A stretch of 32,496 nucleotides of DNA from a virus (lineage: Duplodnaviria > Caudoviricetes). The position numbers were made by a program, and so were the translations under genes. The notes below the pieces were generated by a model. It ran no database searches. It was not told the DNA's origin and was given only the letters and a program-made list of their open reading frames with translations. Location: the IMG/VR virus record IMGVR_UViG_3300028865_000008, positions 1 to 32,496 of that record. One strand, given 5' to 3'. Positions 1 through 7,765 of this stretch are shown one piece after another. Numbering within the stretch: position 1 is the first letter of the stretch; each line of letters opens with the position of its first letter.

Positions 1-10
1 GCGAAGCCCA

Positions 11-547
11 ATGACCCGTGTCGAACATGCCCAGCTCTCCGCCCAAGGGAAGCGTCGGTGTCCTCAGTGCGGTGAAGTCAAGGACATCAAGGAGGACTTC
101 CCTGAGCGCAACACGTCGAACTCTCCAGCTCCGTACTGCAAGCCCTGCCAGCGTGAATGGGGCAGGGCTTATCGGGCAGCCAACAAGGAGAAACTCAATG
201 GGCAGTGGCGCATTCAGAGAGAGGGCCGGATCCAGCGAGATCCTGAGAAGGTCGCTCTTCAGGAGTGGACTGCCTACCTGAAGTGTTACTACCGGATCTC
301 TCCTGAGGACTACGGACAGATGCTGGAGGAGCAGGGTGGCGTCTGCGGCATCTGTGGGAAAGCTCCTGCTGGAAAGCGGCTCGCCGTGGACCATGACCGA
401 CGCTGCTGCCCCGGTAAGAGAAGCTGTGGAGAGTGCGTCAGGGGTCTCCTCTGCGGGAGTTGTAACCCGAAGCTGGGGTTCTACGAGATCTTCGAGGAGA
501 AGGCGAGTCAGTGGCGATCCAGACGTGTAAGGAGTGCGGAAAAGTGA
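11..547 (+). CDS. Endonuclease VII-family (putative homing) endonuclease
   Basis: N-terminal CPQC...CKPC Zn finger; C-terminal QGGVCGIC...LAVDHDRRCCPGKRSCGECVRGLLCGSCN, the Endo VII His-Me signature; codon usage less GC3-biased than neighbours. Confidence 0.9.
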   Translation: MTRVEHAQLSAQGKRRCPQCGEVKDIKEDFPERNTSNSPAPYCKPCQREWGRAYRAANKEKLNGQWRIQREGRIQRDPEKVALQEWTAYLKCYYRISPEDYGQMLEEQGGVCGICGKAPAGKRLAVDHDRRCCPGKRSCGECVRGLLCGSCNPKLGFYEIFEEKASQWRSRRVRSAEK

Positions 548-1368
548 CGGTGCGGTTGAGCTGGTCAGGGCTGCGAACTCATGAGGATTGCAAACAGCGC
601 AGCCATCTGGCCCGCACGCACAAGCTCGGCACCCTCGACAACAAGCGCAACTTCCTTCCCGGATCGGTGACCGACCGGGTCGTTCGTGACTGGCTGAACA
701 ACGACCCGCTCGATCACATCGGTGAGATGCCGTCCATGGTCGACGCCACCATCGAGTCCGAGAAGGAAGAGCTGGTCTCCAAGGGTGAGGGCGTCGTCCG
801 CTGGCGCAACCCCGGGGACCGCAAGCTGGTGGTGGCCGACTGCACCGAGGCGGTGAAGGCCATCGAGCCGATCCTGCTGAAGTACGTCGTGCCGTTCGAC
901 TTCGAGGCCGACAAGCACTTCGAGGCGGAGATCATGATTCGTCATCCTCGTACAGGAGAGCCTGAGCAGATCATCCTCAACGGCTACATGGACATCCTCG
1001 TGCGTGACGACAAGGGCCGCTGGATCGTCTGGGACGTCAAGCACACCCGGGACGAGTCCTACTGGCGCAAGACTGTCGGCCAGCTCGGGTTCTACGACCT
1101 CGCCGTTGAGCTAATGTTCGGTCAGGCCTCCGCCATGACCGGGCTCCTCCAGCCGCTGTGCAAGGAGAAGGTCAAGGCCTACAAGCCCTCGGTCGATTCC
1201 AGAAACCAGCTCTTGCAGCGAATCCTTGGAATGGCCAACGACGTCCTGCTGGACATCAAGACCCCCGTCGAGGGAACCGGTCCCTGCGGTTTTTGTCCTA
1301 CACGTCATGCGTGTACCAAGTTCGAGCCGATCATCGACGCCAAGGGAAAGAAGCGGATGGCGCTCTGA
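544..1368 (+). CDS. Cas4/RecB-like PD-(D/E)XK exonuclease with Fe-S cysteines
   Basis: LSWSGL...C at the N-terminus, LNGYMDIL...IVWDVKH, QLGFY, C-terminal CGFCPTRHAC. Start moved from 511 to GTG 544 (AAGGAG at 529-534; GTGA overlap with the upstream stop). Confidence 0.85.
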   Translation: MTVRLSWSGLRTHEDCKQRSHLARTHKLGTLDNKRNFLPGSVTDRVVRDWLNNDPLDHIGEMPSMVDATIESEKEELVSKGEGVVRWRNPGDRKLVVADCTEAVKAIEPILLKYVVPFDFEADKHFEAEIMIRHPRTGEPEQIILNGYMDILVRDDKGRWIVWDVKHTRDESYWRKTVGQLGFYDLAVELMFGQASAMTGLLQPLCKEKVKAYKPSVDSRNQLLQRILGMANDVLLDIKTPVEGTGPCGFCPTRHACTKFEPIIDAKGKKRMAL

Positions 1369-1370
1369 GA

Positions 1371-1379
1371 GGCGTATCA
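1371..1379 (+). promoter_or_regulatory. GGCGTATCA motif, putative phage-specific (middle) promoter element
   Basis: Same 9-mer at 1371, 5938, 6452 and 27719, always just upstream of a gene start. Confidence 0.6.
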
Positions 1380-1400
1380 GGGAAGTAGAGAGGAGCCACC

Positions 1401-1649
1401 ATGGCCAGTACCGAAGATCAGATTCGTGAAATACGCGGTTCCATCGCGCAGGTCCAGAGCAAGAAGGTCCGCGCCGCCGTCGAGCTGGAGAACGCCAAGG
1501 CCCGTCTCGCTGATGCCCGCAAGGTGCTGAAGTCCGAGTTCGGGGTGTCCACCACCGAGGAGGCCAAGGCCAAGCTCGCAGAGCTTCGTGCTGAGCTGGA
1601 CGCCACCGTCGTGGAGGTCGAGGAAGCCCTCGCACTGGCGGGGGCATGA
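1401..1649 (+). CDS. Small coiled-coil hypothetical protein
   Basis: AGGAG RBS, heptad-like A/L/E/K pattern, GC3-rich codons. Confidence 0.8.
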   Translation: MASTEDQIREIRGSIAQVQSKKVRAAVELENAKARLADARKVLKSEFGVSTTEEAKAKLAELRAELDATVVEVEEALALAGA

Positions 1650-1771
1650 TCACCGAGTGGATCTCGTGGGGTGCGCTGGCTGTCGGGCTCACACTGGTTC
1701 TCTGGGTGGCCAGCACGATGAAGCCGGGGCCTGCCGAAGAAGAAGATGATGAGGACTTGACTCTTACTTAG
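1646..1771 (+). CDS. 41-aa membrane protein (not in ORF track)
   Basis: ATGA overlap with the previous stop; MITEWISWGALAVGLTLVLWVAST hydrophobic helix plus acidic tail. Confidence 0.6.
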   Translation: MITEWISWGALAVGLTLVLWVASTMKPGPAEEEDDEDLTLT

Positions 1772-1786
1772 GACAGGTCCTATACT
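1757..1786 (+). promoter_or_regulatory. Sigma70/SigA-type promoter
   Basis: TTGACT (1757-1762), 18-nt spacer, TATACT (1781-1786), upstream of the ORF at 1827. Confidence 0.75.
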
Positions 1787-1826
1787 AGAGACGTCAACCC
1801 AGCTTTACGAAACAAGGCGGTCACCA

Positions 1827-2396
1827 ATGAGCAAGGGCAAGTACGACAAGCTGCGGAGGGGCCTCATGGCCAATCCCATCCCGGTCACCCGGCGTCTTCC
1901 CGGCCAGCCCCCGGCACCCATCACCGAGCCTGTGCAGGACAAGCTCCCGCTGGCTGAGGACTTCTCCGACCTCAAGATCTCCCTCACTGACGGGATCCTC
2001 GATGTGTCTGTGGCCGAGATCCACCCCGACATCCAGAAGGTGATGGATCAGCACTGGTCGAAGGTCAAGGTCGAAGGTCTGGCCGAGGGCCTGCGCCTGA
2101 AGGAGGAGGGCCAGACCAAGGCGCTCACCGGAGCAGCGTCGTGGGCCGAGCGCGCCAACACGTGGATCGCCGGACTCCCGACCGGGCGGTACTTCACCTC
2201 CAACGACCTGTTGCAGCACGTCGACCTGCCACACCCGGACGCCGCCAAGCCGAACCAGAACAATGCCGTCGGCGCGATCTTTTCCTCCGCCTCCAAGCGG
2301 GGCCTGATCCGCAAGACCGGTGACTACGAGCCGAGCATCCGCGCGGCCAACCGTGGTGCTGTCGTGGCCATCTGGGTCCGGTCGGGCAAGCTGTGA
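1827..2396 (+). CDS. Hypothetical protein, possible C-terminal winged-helix DNA-binding domain
   Basis: GC3-rich ORF; C-terminal NAVGAIFSSASKRGLIRKTG...VAIW pattern. Confidence 0.7.
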   Translation: MSKGKYDKLRRGLMANPIPVTRRLPGQPPAPITEPVQDKLPLAEDFSDLKISLTDGILDVSVAEIHPDIQKVMDQHWSKVKVEGLAEGLRLKEEGQTKALTGAASWAERANTWIAGLPTGRYFTSNDLLQHVDLPHPDAAKPNQNNAVGAIFSSASKRGLIRKTGDYEPSIRAANRGAVVAIWVRSGKL

Positions 2397-2665
2397 ACGG
2401 AGACCCGAACGTCCGCTGGCTGGTCGTCACCAACGCCGAGGCCAGCACCGTCAAGCGGTACCTCTACAGCAGCGCCGTGCTCGTTTCCAGTTTCGACAGC
2501 TCCTCCCACGACTACCCGGTCCACCTCGTGGTCGTGATGGCGCGGAGCAACGTCGAGTACTCCGCCAACTACCAGTCCGACCGGATGCTTTCCGGCCTGA
2601 TGGGATCCAAGGTCTACGAGACCTACATCGAGGCTCTGAACGCCATCCTCACCATCGCGACCTGA
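2393..2665 (+). CDS. Hypothetical protein
   Basis: GTGA coupling to the upstream stop, typical codon usage. Confidence 0.7.
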   Translation: MNGDPNVRWLVVTNAEASTVKRYLYSSAVLVSSFDSSSHDYPVHLVVVMARSNVEYSANYQSDRMLSGLMGSKVYETYIEALNAILTIAT

Positions 2666-2678
2666 AAGGAGGCTCGTC

Positions 2679-3116
2679 ATGAAGGCTGCCATCTTCGACA
2701 TGGACGGCACGCTCGCCGACGTGACGAGCATCCGGCACCATGTGCTGGGGTCCATCAAGAACTTCGACGCCTTCCACCGTGCCAGCGTGGACGTGCCCAC
2801 CCACCAGTGGGTGGTTGATCGCGCTCGGGCTCTGCACGACGACGGAATCGCCATCCTGATCGTGACCGCCCGCAACCACATGTGGCGTCACCACGCAGTG
2901 TGGTGGCTGGCCCTCAACGACGTCCCCAGCGATGCGCTGTGGATGCGCCACGACGACGACCAGCGCAAGGACCGGCTGGTGAAGGAGGACATCTTGAAGC
3001 GGATTCTGGAACTGGGGTTCGAACCCATTATCGCGTTCGACGACAACCCCACCGTGATCGACCTCTGGGTGGAGCACGGCATCCCCGTCGTCAACGTGCC
3101 CGGCTGGGTGTACTGA
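2679..3116 (+). CDS. HAD-family phosphatase (T4 polynucleotide kinase phosphatase-like)
   Basis: AIFDMDGTLAD motif I, IVTAR motif II, K motif III, FDDNPTVIDLW motif IV; AAGGAGG RBS. Confidence 0.88.
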   Translation: MKAAIFDMDGTLADVTSIRHHVLGSIKNFDAFHRASVDVPTHQWVVDRARALHDDGIAILIVTARNHMWRHHAVWWLALNDVPSDALWMRHDDDQRKDRLVKEDILKRILELGFEPIIAFDDNPTVIDLWVEHGIPVVNVPGWVY

Positions 3117-3343
3117 TGGCTGACATCGCTGGTGTCGACCTCCTGTGGAACGCCGTCCGGCTCAGTGCCGCCGACGCCGCCATGGGAGACCATGTGATGA
3201 ACCAGCGCGAGATCGTTGAGGCAGCGGTGAAGGCCACCCTGAACTGCCTGCTCGGTAACGGTCTGGTCACGCTGGTCCCTTCCGAGGAGTGGCCGATGTG
3301 GCTGAAGATGCACCCGGAAGTGGATGAGGTAAGCCATGAGTGA
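3116..3343 (+). CDS. Hypothetical protein
   Basis: TGATG coupling at 3116 (MADIAGVDLLW...); distal part of the 2882..3343 ORF. Confidence 0.7.
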   Translation: MADIAGVDLLWNAVRLSAADAAMGDHVMNQREIVEAAVKATLNCLLGNGLVTLVPSEEWPMWLKMHPEVDEVSHE

Positions 3344-4562
3344 CCAGATGAGCCTGCTCGAACTCAGCGAACTGGAGGACGACCTCGTCCCCGAGATCCT
3401 GCCGTCGACGGCGTCGCTGTCGATCAAGGCCGACGTCACCAAGCTGAAGGCGCTGTTCTCACGGGCCAGCAGCGTCACCCCGTTGAAGGAGATCATTCCC
3501 GGCACGGCCTACGCGCTGTTCGAGGCACTCCCAGCCACCTCCGATGTGGTGTCGCACCTCCGGATCACGGCCAGCGACGGAGAGCAGACGGTCTCGGTCG
3601 TGGAGGATGGGGTCTCGGTCAAGGTGCCGGGCTCGGTCCTGCTGCCTCCCAAGCGGGTGCTGGACATCCTGCGGCTGGCTCCGACCACCACCGTCGACAT
3701 CACCGTGGTGGGCTCCACCGCGTTGGTGCGCTCGGGCCGGGCCCGCTGGACCGTGCAGGTGCCGGTGGGGGAGATCAACACCTTCGGGCTGGACGAGGTT
3801 TCCGGAATCAAGCTGGCTCCGGTGCCGGTGGTGCCCTTCCTGTGCGCCCTGATGGCCGCGCGCAAGGCTGCCTCCACCTCCGCTGCCCGGGTGTCCCTGA
3901 TGCAGGTCAAGGTCAAGGACTCCGCGATCCTCGCCTGTGACGGGGGACGGCTGCACAAGGCCACCGTGGAGGGGCTCGACCCGACCATGGACACCACCAT
4001 CCCGGTGAGCACGGTGGACGAACTGATCAAGGCCCTCGACGGGGCCACCGACCTGCTCATGGGCTTCGACGAGCACCATCTGGTGTTCCGGGCCGGGGCC
4101 GACTCCATCGTGGCCCAGCGGATGCTCCTGCCGTTCCCGGATGTGCAGCAGCTGCTGCTCGGGCCGCAGGTGACCAACACCATGGGCCTGCTCGTGGACC
4201 GGATGGAGCTGTACGAAGCGATCAAGCGGGTGCGGATCAACGCCGACCCCGACATCGCCGTGGTGACCCTGAACATCATCAGGGGGGCCCGTAGCGCCGA
4301 CGACTGGGCTCTGGAGGTCAGGAGCAAGGACGGGGCCGGGAACACCGCACATGAGGTCATGGAATGCCAGTGGAAGGGCAAGCCGAAGGAGGTGTCCTTC
4401 AACCATCACCACCTGACCGACCTGCTGGAGGTCTGCGTGGCCGACACCCTGATCCTGAAGCTGGGTGGCGACACCAAGGCGAACCGCACGCCGCTGCTGG
4501 TCGACGACACGGACGCTGGGGTGATGGGCATTGTCCAGCAGGTGACGAACCACTGGCAGTAG
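3336..4562 (+). CDS. dnaN: DNA polymerase III beta subunit (sliding clamp)-like protein
   Basis: LRITASDGE, ILACDGGRL, FPDVQQLL, VDRMELYEAIKRV, VSFNHHHLTDLL match the three-domain beta-clamp motif order; 408 aa. Confidence 0.85.
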   Translation: MSDQMSLLELSELEDDLVPEILPSTASLSIKADVTKLKALFSRASSVTPLKEIIPGTAYALFEALPATSDVVSHLRITASDGEQTVSVVEDGVSVKVPGSVLLPPKRVLDILRLAPTTTVDITVVGSTALVRSGRARWTVQVPVGEINTFGLDEVSGIKLAPVPVVPFLCALMAARKAASTSAARVSLMQVKVKDSAILACDGGRLHKATVEGLDPTMDTTIPVSTVDELIKALDGATDLLMGFDEHHLVFRAGADSIVAQRMLLPFPDVQQLLLGPQVTNTMGLLVDRMELYEAIKRVRINADPDIAVVTLNIIRGARSADDWALEVRSKDGAGNTAHEVMECQWKGKPKEVSFNHHHLTDLLEVCVADTLILKLGGDTKANRTPLLVDDTDAGVMGIVQQVTNHWQ

Positions 4563-4593
4563 GTTGTGCGTAGTCGCGTTGCGACGACTGGGA

Positions 4594-4629
4594 GCCCGGA
4601 GGTGTTTCGATCCCTCCGGGCCTTCGTTT
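4594..4629 (+). terminator. Intrinsic terminator
   Basis: GCCCGGAGG (4594-4602) / CCTCCGGGC (4613-4621) stem followed by CTTCGTTT, just after the dnaN stop. Confidence 0.75.
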
Positions 4630-4659
4630 GCCCGGCGATAGGTTGATTCCTGAAACCAG

Positions 4660-4688
4660 TTGACATGCCCACCGGAAGTGACTATAGT
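4660..4688 (+). promoter_or_regulatory. Sigma70/SigA-type promoter
   Basis: TTGACA (4660-4665), 17-nt spacer, TATAGT (4683-4688), upstream of AGGAG and ATG 4722. Confidence 0.85.
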
Positions 4689-4721
4689 TAGGGACAGGTC
4701 AACAACCCACAGGAGAACATC

Positions 4722-5123
4722 ATGGCTGCCATTCCCACCGGTCTCACGCAGGCCGATCTCGACCGCTACGCCCAGCTCGACGCAGGCATCGCGGCGCTCT
4801 CCGAGGAGCACAAGGTCCTCAACGCCAAGATCAAGAAGGCCCACCTCGACGCAGGTCTTTCCGGAAAGAAGACGCTGGTCTACCCCAGCTCCAAGTACGG
4901 CTCGATCATCGTCAAGCTCAACGAGCAGCGTCGGTTGAACCTCGCCGACCTGACGGAGAACTACCCCGAGGATGACTTCCCGGAGTTCTACTCCTCCGCG
5001 CTGGACACCAAGAAGGTCCCCGCCGACGTGCAGGACGAGTTCCGCACCGTCATCGTGCAGACCCTGTTCATCGACCGGGAGAACGCCGAGCCGGTTGTCT
5101 CACCGAAGCGCGTGCAGGTCTGA
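4722..5123 (+). CDS. Hypothetical protein (early, N-terminal coiled coil)
   Basis: Strong promoter and AGGAG RBS, GC3-rich codons. Confidence 0.8.
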   Translation: MAAIPTGLTQADLDRYAQLDAGIAALSEEHKVLNAKIKKAHLDAGLSGKKTLVYPSSKYGSIIVKLNEQRRLNLADLTENYPEDDFPEFYSSALDTKKVPADVQDEFRTVIVQTLFIDRENAEPVVSPKRVQV

Positions 5124-5383
5124 TGGTTGAGACCATGACGGTTCGCAGCGAGGTCCGGGGAACCGGGTCTCAGCTGCGGATCTTCGCCCGCATGACGGGC
5201 ACCCAGACCCAGCGCACCCTGCGCATGGACGGGAAGCGTTCCCTCACCCAGAACCTCACCACAGCAGCGCTGATGGTGGGCCGGGTGGAGGCCAAGAAGC
5301 AGGGCACCGATCCTGCCTCTGTGCGGGTCGTTCAGCAGTTGGAGGATGGCTATGGGCACGTCGCCCTTCTGGAGGGGCTGTGA
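5123..5383 (+). CDS. Hypothetical protein
   Basis: TGATG coupling. Confidence 0.7.
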   Translation: MVETMTVRSEVRGTGSQLRIFARMTGTQTQRTLRMDGKRSLTQNLTTAALMVGRVEAKKQGTDPASVRVVQQLEDGYGHVALLEGL

Positions 5384-5397
5384 GGTCGGCAGGGACC

Positions 5398-5556
5398 ATG
5401 GTCGAGACCTACACCTGTGCTGACTGCCTCGACACGCTGATACTGGCCATGCTGGAGACCTACGGGAGTGCCTACGTCCTCAACATCAAGACCGAGCTGG
5501 AGCTGCCCTGCAAGAGCTGTGGGCTTCCCGCCATCGCGGTGGTGACTCGGCTGTGA
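5398..5556 (+). CDS. Small Zn-ribbon protein (not in ORF track)
   Basis: MVETYTCADC...PCKSCG, two CxxC pairs; fills the gap and overlaps the next GTG; may start at GTG 5380. Confidence 0.6.
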   Translation: MVETYTCADCLDTLILAMLETYGSAYVLNIKTELELPCKSCGLPAIAVVTRL

Positions 5557-5837
5557 AGTTCCCATGGCAGCACAAGCCCACTCCAGCCGAGCTGGCGGTC
5601 GAGGAAGCCATCTCGCAGGCTGTGCACGAGGTGTTGTCCAAGAGGGACGCCATGCTGGAGGAGATGTGCGTCCAGATGCTCCTCGAAGGCAAGAGGGGCC
5701 TCAGGGTCGTCGAGTACGCCGACAAGATCACCGCTGAGCTGACCGATGATGTGCCCTACGGGGAGATCCACTGGCATCAGGATCTCTACAGTCCGGCGCT
5801 GCTGCACACGCAGATTTTGTTCGAGCCGAAGTCGTAA
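5553..5837 (+). CDS. Hypothetical protein
   Basis: GTGA coupling, typical codon usage. Confidence 0.7.
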   Translation: MKFPWQHKPTPAELAVEEAISQAVHEVLSKRDAMLEEMCVQMLLEGKRGLRVVEYADKITAELTDDVPYGEIHWHQDLYSPALLHTQILFEPKS

Positions 5838-5952
5838 AGCTCTATGTAACCTTTAACTAACTACCCCCGTAGGGGGAGTAAGGGATCCCAGATCGTGGGG
5901 CTCTGATCGAGCCATGGTTGAGTTTTCGTGTCGCTGCGGCGTATCAACGAAC

Positions 5953-6909
5953 GTGCGCCTCTTCCCATACCCCAGCTCCGGAGACAGTACGGCTGTCATC
6001 GGGTGGATGAAGGGCAACGCCAACCGGTACCTGCACACGTTCCGCAGGACCAGCACCCCGCTGCCTCCGGTGGAGCTGCTGGAGGACTGGATCTTCGAGG
6101 TCAGCGTGAAGCTCCACCGACCTTTGGGCGCTACCGAACGGTCCTTCCTCCACACCGCCAATCAGGCCCACGATGCTGCGGTCTACGCGCTGGAGAACTA
6201 CGACCCGGAGCATGAGTGCTTCGAGAAGGCCCGTCGCGGTGGCTGCCGGTCCAAGCGGGTCTCACCCCTGCTGGGGATCGTGCGGGATCTGGCCTACATG
6301 AGCGCGGCGCAGGTGGCTGCGAAGCTAGGGATCTCCCGGCAGCACGCGACCCGGCTGCGGAAGCGGGTGGGCTCCAACCCTCCACAGGACGTTTCCGAAA
6401 AAGAGATAGATGCGCTTATCGGGCACCCGGGTTGGGTTGGGACCGAAGTCAGGCGTATCAACAGGTATGGACACACTGGATTCGCTGGTCATCAGGGCCC
6501 GCCAGCGCCGCAGGCAGATCGACGTGGCGCAGGGCGAGGTCCGGGCGGTGCTGACCCGGGGCAAGGAGCTGAGCGCGGAAGTGGCCTCACTGGGCCAGTC
6601 CGTGGAGGAGCTGGACCGGGTCACGATCCTGCTGAACTCGCTCGGGGAGGAGCGGCAGCTCGCCGCCCAGTCCAGCATCGAGGAGCTGGTCACCCGTGGC
6701 CTGCGGATGATCTTCGACGACACCCTGAGCTTCCACATCACCCAGTCCGTGCGGGGCAAGACCCCCGTGGTCGAGTTCGTGGTGCGGACGACGTTGGGCA
6801 ACGACGTCATCGAGACCCCCGTGATGGACGCCCGGGGCGGTGGCCTTGCCGCCGTGATCGGGTTCCTGCTGCGGCTGGTGGTGGGTCTGATGGGGCGCGA
6901 TCCCCATGA
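5953..6909 (+). CDS. HTH DNA-binding protein; 3' boundary uncertain
   Basis: MSAAQVAAKLGISRQHATRLRK helix-turn-helix. Likely leaderless GTG 5953, 6 nt after GGCGTATCA. Protein-like content ends near 6420 but the frame stays open across the next gene. Confidence 0.55.
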   Translation: MRLFPYPSSGDSTAVIGWMKGNANRYLHTFRRTSTPLPPVELLEDWIFEVSVKLHRPLGATERSFLHTANQAHDAAVYALENYDPEHECFEKARRGGCRSKRVSPLLGIVRDLAYMSAAQVAAKLGISRQHATRLRKRVGSNPPQDVSEKEIDALIGHPGWVGTEVRRINRYGHTGFAGHQGPPAPQADRRGAGRGPGGADPGQGAERGSGLTGPVRGGAGPGHDPAELARGGAAARRPVQHRGAGHPWPADDLRRHPELPHHPVRAGQDPRGRVRGADDVGQRRHRDPRDGRPGRWPCRRDRVPAAAGGGSDGARSP

Positions 6910-7117
6910 CGCCTCCCTGCTTGTGCTCGACGAATCGTTCGCGCACGTCTCCGCCGAGTACCTCGAACCGTTGGGCCAGTTCCTGCGGGAGGTCGTCGAC
7001 AGGACCGGGGTGCAGATCATCCTCGTCACCCACCAGCCCGAGTTCGCTGAGTACGCCGACCGGGTCTACAACTTCTCCACCACCGACGGCAAGACCATCG
7101 TGAAGGACGTTTCCTGA
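6467..7117 (+). CDS. SbcC/Rad50-like ABC ATPase, C-terminal half only
   Basis: N-terminal coiled coil, signature-like ARGGG, Walker B LLVLDESFAHV, H-loop ILVTHQ; no Walker A; ATG 6467 lies 6 nt after GGCGTATCA. Confidence 0.85.
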   Translation: MDTLDSLVIRARQRRRQIDVAQGEVRAVLTRGKELSAEVASLGQSVEELDRVTILLNSLGEERQLAAQSSIEELVTRGLRMIFDDTLSFHITQSVRGKTPVVEFVVRTTLGNDVIETPVMDARGGGLAAVIGFLLRLVVGLMGRDPHDASLLVLDESFAHVSAEYLEPLGQFLREVVDRTGVQIILVTHQPEFAEYADRVYNFSTTDGKTIVKDVS

Positions 7118-7118
7118 A

Positions 7119-7310
7119 ATGAACTACGTCTACGGCTGGGCCTACCCCGACGACCTTGAGGACATGGTCGTGTGCGGCTTCCTCAACGTGGAGGCAGCTC
7201 AGCGTTGGTTGAAGGTGTGGTCTGATCCGGGGGAGGTCGTGATGGTCCGCGTGGTGACCAGCCACGGCGAGTGGGACATGTCCACCGTCGAACTCGTGAA
7301 GGGCCTGTGA
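7119..7310 (+). CDS. Hypothetical protein
   Basis: Abuts the upstream stop, AAGGA RBS. Confidence 0.65.
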   Translation: MNYVYGWAYPDDLEDMVVCGFLNVEAAQRWLKVWSDPGEVVMVRVVTSHGEWDMSTVELVKGL

Positions 7311-7552
7311 TGCCCAAGAGCTTTGACTCCGGGATGCCTCGCAGGGTCTTGCGCTGGGCCCACGAGCACGGCGGTGTGCACAACGACTGCCTCATCTCCG
7401 GGACCCCCTGTGAGAGCTGCGAGACGGTCATCATCGCTTCGTTCGACCACTTCTACGGCCACGCCTCCGACATCGGTGCAGTGCTGGCCATGGTCATCGC
7501 GGACTATCGGCAGGACCTCCTTGCCGACGAACAGGAAGACCCCTGTGCCTGA
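7310..7552 (+). CDS. Hypothetical protein
   Basis: TGATG coupling (MPKSFDSG...), Cys/His cluster. Confidence 0.6.
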   Translation: MPKSFDSGMPRRVLRWAHEHGGVHNDCLISGTPCESCETVIIASFDHFYGHASDIGAVLAMVIADYRQDLLADEQEDPCA

Positions 7553-7703
7553 GAACATCAAGATCCACGCCTCCTTGCTGGTGGCAGCTGCACTGGTGGC
7601 AGCGATGTGCCTGTACGGCTTCTGGTTCTACAGCCACTGCTTCTACGCCCCATTACAGGACTCCCCTGCCGGGTGCCTCGGCTCCTTCGTGAGCGGCAAG
7701 TGA
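7545..7703 (+). CDS. Small membrane protein
   Basis: GTG 7545; LLVAAALVAAMCLYGFWFY hydrophobic segment. Confidence 0.55.
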   Translation: MPENIKIHASLLVAAALVAAMCLYGFWFYSHCFYAPLQDSPAGCLGSFVSGK

Positions 7704-7744
7704 TGAGCGACGCCGACACAGCCCCGCTGGCCCTGAAGTACCGG
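7703..7744 (+). pseudogene. Displaced original 5' end of dnaX (14 codons), in frame with the endonuclease
   Basis: MSDADTAPLALKYR duplicates MEPTEPLALRYR(P) at 8520; TGATG-coupled start; GC3-rich codons. Confidence 0.75.
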
Positions 7745-7749
7745 ATCAA

Positions 7750-7758
7750 TGATACTGT
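7750..7758 (+). promoter_or_regulatory. Extended -10 promoter for a leaderless endonuclease gene
   Basis: TG-A-TACTGT, then 7 nt to ATG 7766; no RBS. Confidence 0.6.
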
Positions 7759-7765
7759 GCTTGGA

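Noticed and set aside
544-1368. Cas4-like gene as part of a CRISPR system
   Set aside because: No repeat-spacer array or other cas genes; solo Cas4-like nucleases are common in phages.
4563-4625. tRNA in the intergenic hairpin regions (also 30133-30327)
   Set aside because: No complete cloverleaf with a proper T-arm and acceptor stem could be built.
7109-7120. Palindromes as canonical parS, Noc or SOS boxes
   Set aside because: The centre is 2 bp shorter than parS/NBS, and the orientation and spacing differ from the actinobacterial LexA box CGAAC-N4-GTTCG.
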